Assembly (NCBI RefSeq): GCF_006345805.1 | Contig: NC_042997.1 | Span: forward strand, 211,420,001-211,484,000 | Direction: 5' to 3' | Length of the DNA stretch: 64,000 bases | Source: Octopus sinensis | Lineage: Eukaryota | In this document: one piece after another, positions 55,345 to 64,000 of the stretch | Layout of the letters: every line of letters begins with the position of its first letter | How positions within the stretch are numbered: the stretch's first letter is position 1 | Translations under genes and position numbers: made by a program | The notes under the pieces: model-generated | Told to the model about the DNA's origin: nothing | Databases searched by the model: none | The model's input: the letters and a program-made list of their open reading frames with translations, nothing else

Positions 55345-56190
55345 TACCACATGGCTTCGTGCTTAAGGCATTCGGCTCACGATCGTAAGGTCTTGAGTTC
55401 GAATCCTGTTGGAGCGTTGTCCTTGAGCAAGACACCTTATTTCATTTTGGCAATCGATCGGAATAAGTCTCAGACTCGACAAGATTCGTTCGTTAGTTTC
55501 CGTATGCGTGACAGCACGTGCCGTCAACAGTAAACCCATTGAATAGTATCACTAATACGGCTTTTTCGATGCACATACATATACACACTTGTCTTCTGTA
55601 TGTATGCATGTGGGATGTCGATAACAGATACAATGTAGCATTCGAAGCTTGAGAAAAGCCTTGCCTATTTATAAGGTCATTATTCAGTTCATTCCAAGAT
55701 TTCTTGCCAATAGAGAAAGAACCAGTTTCTAACCTAGATCCAAAGTTCCTTCATTGGAATTTCAACATCAACAACAGGGTATTTTTGTATGTATGTATGT
55801 ATGTACGTATACCCTTTTGTGCGGCGTGTATGTGTATGCGGCTAGGGCTCGTCCTTACCTCCTTCATTTGTATATGTAAAATCTGTAAATTTCCAAGAAG
55901 AAAACGAGATCGACGTCGAAAAATCCGTATTAGTGACAATATTTCATGCCTGCAGTTGACAAGAACGTGCTGTCACGTAGACGGAAGCAAACGAACGAAT
56001 CTGGACAAGTCTCGGACTTATTCCGATTGATTGCCCTTATTTTAAGTCGGTCCATTTCAGTCAACTGGCAGAAAATGAGGAGAACCTGAGAAATACATTA
56101 AGGCTACGCGTGTGAATTTCACGAACAGGATGTTCCGTTGATCGGATTAGCTGGAACCTCCGTCGGTTTCAACCGGCGGAGGGCTAGTTT
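55345..56190 (+). mobile_element. tRNA-derived SINE interrupted by a MITE (55449-56035) with ~80-bp TIRs
   Basis: SINE head with B box gagttcgaatcc. ggcaatcgatcggaataagtc...cgtgacagcacgt is inverted against acgtgctgtcacg...gacttattccgattgattgcc. Confidence 0.65.
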
Positions 56191-56591
56191 GTGTGTGTGT
56201 GTGTGTGTGTGTATACGCGTGTAGCCACAAATTGAAGGTTTGAGGCGGGGAGGGGTCGACACGCCAATCAGTGGCCACCATTGGGGAAAATCAGATAAGT
56301 TTCAGCGAGGCGATTGACAAAACACTGAGAGTGAAATCCTACCTTACTTTCACCGTGTATTTCCCCTTAAAACTTTCTTTCTTTCTTTATCAGTTACTTC
56401 CTTTTGTACATATATACTTACATACACACACATATATATATTAGAAGGTTTGGAGATGATGTACAGCTATTTTATATTAGAAGAAATGAGATACTCAGAA
56501 GTTCGGATGGTTTTATAGCTACAGATATTCATTTGTATATTACATGTTTTTATACATCATGTAACATATATTAGCGCTTTCGTTCATTATA

Positions 56592-56694
<103 letters not shown>

Positions 56695-56977
56695 ATATGA
56701 GAAGAATTTAGCAAACACCAGAGCGTAAGCGAGCAAAACAAATGAAAAGTTCTGGTGTTTGCTAAATTCTTCTTAAGAACATTTCTTAGTGGTAAGACCA
56801 TAGCTGCTCTACTTCTAGCATAAGGGTTGTCCACATAGCGGTCATCCCTCTCATGTGTATATAATACAATTTACTGAACCTTCAGATTTTAATATACTAG
56901 ACCACTGGTGTTAAATTGATGTTAATTAAATTAATATCCAATTTCTCACCCTCATTTTAAATTTATTTATATATATA

Positions 56978-57099
56978 TTATGGTGGAGTGGGCCGGTTTA
57001 TGGGGTTACTCTGGGTTTCTCGCTCATATCTTCAGACCCCAAACACTGCTGCTGGCCTGAGACCTCGCTAACCCCATAAACCGGCCTAACACACTATAA
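56978..57099. mobile_element. Very short MITE-like hairpin element
   Basis: Perfect 18-bp inverted arms ggccggtttatggggtta (56991-57008) and taaccccataaaccggcc (57069-57086), extending imperfectly to TA-rich ends. Confidence 0.6.
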
Positions 57100-57161
57100 T
57101 TTTAACTGCTCTACATCTTTAGAGTTTGCTTTTCCTCTGGATTTATATATTTCTACAAACG

Positions 57162-57195
<34 letters not shown>

Positions 57196-57790
57196 TTTCT
57201 TCCCATTTTGTTAGTTGTAAATGATAATAATAAACTTTTATCACAAAGTGTTCGTGGAAGTAAATTGTGTTAAAAGAGGGCAGAGGAGAAGTGTTTTTCT
57301 CTGAGAAACACTGATGTCATACAAAGTTGTTAAACCAATGAACAGCTTAAAAACCACCAAGTTTCACTTTTGCTCAGAGCTGTGACGAGGTAAGTTTTTT
57401 AAGTTTTACATCTTCCTAATTTAATTTCTTTGATCCCGTCTCTCCATTGCTTTACAAAGTCGCTTTCAATTCTTTTATGCTCCTCACCACAACTCGAGTT
57501 CAAATCTTACCCGGATTTGCTGTTTTCATTCTCCTGGAGCAGTCATTTGATAGACAACGCTCCCGTCTTAAATATTGGCATGAAACTTACGTATGAGGGC
57601 ATAATTTCATTTTTGGTCAGTATTTTTTTTTTTTTAATTCCAGCTGGTTGTTCGGTAATTTCCGCAAAGAATTTCTGTTTTTAATTTACCTTTATTTTCA
57701 TGTCCGGTGGAAGGTGACATTTGCTTTGAAGTCGGTGAGGGAGATGAGAAGTGAAACACATGATAGCGCGCACCGCCCCCCACCGACTGA

Positions 57791-58930
57791 CTTTGAACAG
57801 TGAAACACTCGCACAATGCTTGTATGTATTAAAGTATATGAAAGATAATGGAGTGTACGTGTGTGTGTGTGTGTGTGTGTGTCCTGCTTTATGTATTTGA
57901 ACTCACACACAAACACGCCCACCCGGCAATCTTTCGTCTCTAGTAGACCTTTCCGTCGATAGATAAAATTTTTTTTATCTAATCGTTATACATGCCTTGT
58001 CGACTGCTACTGTGCAGCCTTAATGTCTCTGTTGATGTGACGATGGTGAAATGGTAAGAAAAAGACGGGAGAGTTATAAAATGAGGAGGAGATATTCTTC
58101 TCATGAGAAAAGAGTTGCATGCAAAGGAAAAGGCTTTGAGCAAAAGGCTTCGTTTCACGTTACTACGATCGGCACAGTTTTAAATGGGCAACCCCACCCG
58201 TCTAGCCTCTGGGTGGCATCACTCAGAAGCTACAACAATGCGAGGAAGCGCATTGTGACTAGCGATATGTAGCAAAAGTTTAAAGTCAAACGGAAAACAC
58301 ATCAATTGACTTAGCAAAGCCATGTTGATTCTTAAGTTAAGATGAGTTCGGGTGCCGTGGGGGAGAAGAGGAATTTGGACTTTCGGAACTGTCCCTTCGT
58401 CTCAAAACAACACAAATCACTGTACCGACTAGACTGTCGGATGTTGCTACATATCGCTGGTCACAATGCGCTTCCTCGCATTGTTGTAGCTTCTGAGTGA
58501 TGCCACCCTGAGGCTAGACGGGTGGGGTTGCCCATTTAAAACTGTGTCGATCGTAGTAACGTGAAACGAAGCCTTTTGCTCAAAGCCTTTTCCTTTGCAT
58601 GCAACTCTTTTCTCATGAGAAGAATATCTCCTCCTCATTTTATAACTCTCCCGTCTTTTTCTTACCATTTCACCATCGTCACATCAACAGAGACATTAAG
58701 GCTGCACAGTAGCAGTCGACAAGGCATGTATAACGATTAGATAAAAAGAATTTTGTCTATCGACGGAAAGGTCTACTAGAGACGAAAGATTGCCGGGTGG
58801 GCGTGTTTGTGTGTGAGTTCAAATACATAAAGCAGGACACACACACACACACGTACACTCCATTATCTTTCTTATACACATACATACTTTAATACATACA
58901 AGCATTGTGCGAGTGTTTCACTGTTCAAAG
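57791..58930. repeat. Long inverted repeat (foldback): ~485-bp arms, 168-bp spacer
   Basis: 57791-58275 is the reverse complement of 58444-58930 apart from a few substitutions and microsatellite indels; mirror ORFs 58051+ and 58447- differ at two residues. Confidence 0.95.
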
Positions 58931-59457
58931 TTTGAAAGGAACTCAGCCACTTGGCCTCCGGTAGGCCCAACGCTTGAAAGATAGTCAATGTATCATATAT
59001 CTGTAAAAAGAAGCACACTCTTACCTATAGAGCAGTAAAGTATTAAAGAAATAAAGCTCATGTTTGGTCATTGTGACCAATGGTTTTGCACCCACGTAGA
59101 CTGTAGCCTTGCAGAAGACTCATCAGACTTGTCTGAAGACAAATTTAACTCATTGCTTTTGGGAGACAGAAATCTGTTACGGTTATTGGTCATTTGGTCA
59201 TCAAAAAATAAATAGTCCAGCATCAGTGAGGATGGGTGGGTTATCTCTCCTAGACCAGCTATTTGTGGGCTGGAGATTGGGAGCAAGGGATTTATCCCTT
59301 GGGTTGCTTTTGGATTGTAAGGACACTTCTGGGCTTAGCAATTTTGTCTATATCTTCGATCACTGTCATTATTCTATTGAGTCAACCTCATTATTTTCTA
59401 CATAGCAGACCGTTACATAAACAGGCAAAGGTAATCTTTCGTTTTAACTCGAAATAA

Positions 59458-60264
59458 TGTTCGCCACGGAAACTCGGAGAGGAGAGAGATACAACAACTA
59501 CAACAACAGCCGCAAGAAGAGACACAGGCAATCGAGAGAGACACAAAGAAGGCAATTGGCTTACATTTAACGTACTAGTTTATAACACTTTATAATTGTT
59601 ACAACATCAAATACATATCAGATACATCAAAGAGGAAATACATGCAAGTAACAACACATCAAATGCAATAACAACAGCATTTAAAGAGTACACGTCGAAT
59701 TAAACAACAAGTCAATACATTATACAGTCCGGAGACAACAGTTCTGTTTCAAATCACATTAACGTTACAGTTCAAAGGACATTAAAGGCATATACAGTTC
59801 AATGTTCATTAAAGACTACAACAGAGTCTCTCTATTGCTTTAACAGTTCTGTAACACATATCAACACAGTTCACATTGTTCTTTTTACTGTCTCATTTCT
59901 TTTCCAGCCTTTATAACACATCGACAAGTCCTTTACTCAATTCACATATCAATACAACAATTCACGTACCGTTACATCAGCCAATGTCTTACATTGTAGT
60001 TCATCTCTCTTAGCACTGCTAAATCCAACTGCCAACCGCTAAATCCAACCGCCAACCGCTTACCTCGAATACCAAATCCTGACTGTCTCTCACACTCACA
60101 AACTGAACTGCTTACTTAAGGGGGCAGCCCTCAAATGAACCCTAATTCACCCGAAGGGGTCGGGGAGTTTCCCCAGAGCTAATTAGTCAACCCGCATCTG
60201 GCAGAACAATGGATTCATTGCCAAAAGTAGGTCGCCGGCTCTGTCCTTAAATTGAACCATAACA
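59458..60264 (-). mobile_element. Probable solo LTR (~807 bp)
   Basis: TGTT...AACA termini, flanking ATAA/ATAC (4-bp TSD with one mismatch), sharp compositional boundaries and no ORF. Confidence 0.55.
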
Positions 60265-60822
60265 ATACATACACACACACACACACACATACATACATAT
60301 ACACATACATGCATACACACGCACGCACTACAAAAACCGAGTAAAAAATTTCAATTATCTCTCTCTTTCACACATTACTCTCTCTGTCTCTTCACACACA
60401 CTAACTGAAGCACTTCACTTACACAACATACTTTCTGTCTCCCACACCCCATCAAACACATACACACACATGTACATCAATGCTTGCCATGCACGGTAAC
60501 TTCAAAAGAACTTCCCTCGTCATACAATCGCTTTCTCTTAGTCTCTTTCGCTCTCATTACTTCAAAAGTTCCCGCAAGCCCATATGTAAAAAAAAGAAGT
60601 TTTTTACGGAAATCGACGGAAAGGTCTACTAGAGACGAAAGATCGCCCGTACACCCATTATCTTTCATATACATTTACATACAAGAAGCTTCCTTCATAA
60701 CCACATGGTTCCAGGTTCAGTCCCACAGCGTGGTACCTTGGGCAGGTGCCTTCTACTATCGTTTCGGGCCGACCAAAGCCATGTAAGTGGATTTGGTAGA
60801 CGGAAACGAAAAGAAGTCCGTC

Positions 60823-60917
<95 letters not shown>

Positions 60918-60919
<2 letters not shown>

Positions 60920-61762
60920 AGCAGAATTGCCCGGCGTTGCTCGGGGCTGAATTGCTTGAAAGTACTGTTAATGATTGCACTGAATTATGATGATTATTCA
61001 GGCAAATATTGATATAAGTTTACGGTGGGAGATAAGGACTTAACGATCAAACGTGTGCCATTGCATTGTTTTGGGGGAACCAAATTTCTGATGAACATTA
61101 TAGGGGCACCAACTTTAAGTTTGAGAAAGTGTGGTGGTAGTCCGGGGTGCTCAAAGGAATTGAGTACCTCTATTGGATAGTTGATGACGTCCTCTGGGTC
61201 AGGAGTTGTATCGATAGACTGATATACATAGACTTCCTCAGGAATGTGTTTTAGCATTTCATCATTAATATGGTGAACAGTTTTATTCCGCGGGGCCAGT
61301 ATAGCCTTTTTGCCAATCCAATCCATATTCTGATAATTAGCTTGTAGATCTGGGAACACTGCATCTCTGAGATCAGAAGGCGTCTTAACAATGGTACAAA
61401 TGGAATCGATGGCAATATTACCATTTTCATCCCCTGGTATTTTGCCTTCGCCAAGTGCAAGGAGGGTGTGAGGAAATGCTGCTGATGTGATATTACGTCG
61501 CATATGAGCATGCATATTGGTGTGAAGTTTGAGAGTTACTTCTCTTTATTAAAAAAAATATGCATTAAAATGGAAAAATATGATGGTAAATTATTTGTAA
61601 AATCGTAGACTCATCGTAGACGCGCGCTAATACCCAGAATGGCTCGATATGAATCACGACTATAAGATACTCGGTTTTGGTTAAACTGCATCGCAAAATG
61701 TGGGAGTAGTTAGGAATCTAAATCGGAGTAGACAGACACACAACCTTTCTTTTATATATAAA
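60918..61762 (-). mobile_element. Internally deleted Helitron retaining a 173-aa open Pif1-like helicase segment (60994-61515)
   Basis: LLALGEG, KAILAPRN..V..IN, YPIEVLNS..PGLPPH.LKLKVGAPIM.IRNL..CNGTRL. The 5' ~200 bp matches 17395-17607, and the 3' end is a hairpin plus CTGG|T. Confidence 0.88.
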
Positions 61763-61763
61763 T

Positions 61764-62113
61764 ATTTTCGTCCTAAAAAACTTTGTATGGGTTGAATGGT
61801 TACCTCTATGGAAATATATATACACACGTTATACATACATGTGTGTATAGATGAATATATAAATACATTTAAATATCTATATACACTTTTGGGCGATCTT
61901 TGTGCTACTTAGAGATAACTTTAGATCTTATATTCGTCCTAAAAAACTTTGTATGGAGTGAAAGGTTACCTCTATGGAAATATATACACACACATTATAC
62001 ATACATCTGTGTATAGATGAATATATAAATACATTTAAATATCTATATACACTTTGGGCGATCTTTCTGCTACTTGGATATACTTTAGGTCTTATATTCG
62101 TCCTAAAAAACTT
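61764..62113. repeat. ~165-bp tandem duplication (~2.1 copies)
   Basis: ttcgtcctaaaaaacttt starts at 61767, 61933 and 62097. Confidence 0.9.
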
Positions 62114-62602
62114 TCCTGTCACACACTCGCACACCCGCACACACACAACACACGCACCCTCACACACACACACACACGCACACGTTAGCTTACAATTTTA
62201 TTTATATATTTGCGTGTCTGTGTGTAAATAGGAAGTGGGAATGCAGAGTGAAAGAGTCACTCACTACAAAAAGTGAATTACTTTCACTTTAATCGTTGCA
62301 CACTTGCAAAGAGAAAGGAGGAGAAATTAGGGTGATAGCGTCAGTGAAACAGTTAGCTCCGTTTGTGTGCGTGTGCGTGTGCTATAGCCCACACTAAGAA
62401 AAGCATTTGACTTACACACCACAATGTGAGTTTTCTCTAAATTTTGCTTAATTGGGGTTGAAATTTTAAAAACTGGACCTGGCATGACCCGATGCATTCT
62501 ACTCTTAAAAACGCTAGGTAAATTGTAATTGAAGAAATCCTATATTGTAGATTTCTATAAGAGACAAAGGGAGGCAGATAAAATCTGCCTTTTATAATAA
62601 GA

Positions 62603-62910
62603 CTAGCAGTATCGCCCGGCGTTGCTCGGGTTTGTTTCGACCCGCTGGAATTGTAATTTTGAAAAGTAAAAATTTTGTGAACATTTTTCTGGTCGAAATA
62701 CACCGAAAAGTGGCGACACAGCAGTGAAAAAATCGTAAAAAATAGGGATTTTCATAGAAAAAAGCATCTTTTTGATGTAAATAATTTTTGGTGTTAACAT
62801 GGTCCGATTTGAATTTTATGTTCTACGGAAGGAAGAGCAACCCTTCTTCTACCATACTCTCAATTTTGGTCAACTTGCGCCGCAGGGTCTCGGAGGAGAT
62901 AGTGTTAGTT
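62603..62910 (-). mobile_element. Helitron 3' terminus of another non-autonomous copy
   Basis: actagcagtatcgcccggcgttgctcgg is identical to 17093-17120; the 5' end was not located. Confidence 0.65.
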
Positions 62911-64000
62911 GAAGGTTACCATTCTAGGTGCCTGAGTAACAACCTCGCGGATTTACAGATAAATTAATTAATTACTATTTTACAGAATAAAATTAAATAA
63001 TTCTTGAAAATTAATTAATATTAATATTTTTTGAACAAAGTAAATAATTTTTAAAACTTAAATAATAATTTTTTTTACACAAACGCGAACGGGGAAAAGG
63101 GGGTGGCGAATTCGATTTACATACCTAAATTTTTTCTTTTTCATGACATTGTAGCAAAATAGTAGTGAATTATATAAATACCAGCAGTACATTTTTTTCT
63201 GGGGTATTTTTTTTCAACCTCGTCACATATTTGCCCCTTTCAATTTAAACAAAGTCTTAATTAAGCAATTACGGCAGCTTAGCAATGGTTTCAATACAGG
63301 CGTGACATCTGTATCTCAATTGTTCAAAACCCTTCGAATTTTTTCGCACGTGATGATATCATAGTGAAAACTTTCAATTACGCGCGCTTAGAAGTACGCT
63401 CGCAAATTAATACTACCAAAATTTTGAAGTTCGCGCTCCGCTTGTGTGTGTGTGTGTGCGTGCTTTAGGTGTACGTAGGTATGTGTTTTTTTGTGTGTGT
63501 GTCACTGAAGCCATACATACATATATACATACATAACCTCTCTCTCTCTTTTCTCTCTCAGTCACTCACTACAAAAAGTGAATAAAAAAAGTTCAGTTAT
63601 TTCTGTCTTTCACTCTCTCTGTCTCTTTACACACACTAACAAAAGCACTTCACTTACACACCACACTTTCTGTGTCGCACAACCCATCAAACACACACTC
63701 ACACACACACACTCACGCACGCACACATGTACATCAATGCTTTCGGAGTGAAATGTTAAAATATTGAGTTTTCTCGAATTTTGTCTTAATTGGGGGTGAA
63801 ATTGAAAGAAATATATTATGGCATGACCGAATGGAGTACTTTGAAAAATCTTAGGTAAACTCTAATTGAAGAAATTGTGTGAGGAGTAAATCGTTATGTA
63901 TTTATTTGTTTCTGTTTGCTGTGTTTTTTTTATTTTTTGAGTAGTGGTTTAAATACTTTCAGTTTAGTCTTCCTCAAATCACTCTGTCGCTATTTACTTT

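Noticed and set aside
56157-56188. 12-bp hairpin followed by CTAGT as a Helitron 3' end
   Set aside because: No matching Helitron 5' end or body was found. From memory it resembles the 3' tail of the SINE starting at 55345.
58051-58668. Twin 73-aa ORFs on opposite strands
   Set aside because: They result from the inverted repeat and show no domain similarity or splice context.

Overview
Eukaryotic, AT-rich and repeat-dominated animal genomic DNA. It is very probably an octopus (coleoid cephalopod), judged from my recollection of its SINE/RTE families and the (TA)n/(CA)n/(CAT)n load, not from a search. Two divergent host genes are visible. (1) The first two coding exons of an ANKRD26-like ankyrin gene lie on the minus strand (8755-8509 and 2924-2810; the gene continues left of the window). 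There is a 1-nt frameshift at the end of exon 1 and an RFX X-box/CCAAT/ETS promoter upstream. (2) A macrodomain + PARP catalytic gene (PARP14/15-like mono-ADP-ribosyltransferase, H-Y-I triad) lies on the plus strand, with seven phase-compatible exons from 24364 to 42295; its 5' exon(s) were not found. The rest is mostly transposon debris: many RTE LINE fragments, CR1 pieces, three tandem Naiad-type Penelope-like fragments, hammerhead-ribozyme-like motifs, nested Helitrons, a mariner pseudogene, piggyBac-type and other MITEs, tRNA-derived SINEs and a probable solo LTR. There is also a near-perfect ~485-bp-arm foldback and a 9.2-kb array of a 106-bp satellite with higher-order duplications fused to an RTE fragment. 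I found no rRNA, true tRNA gene or CRISPR array. All calls are by eye; no database search was run.
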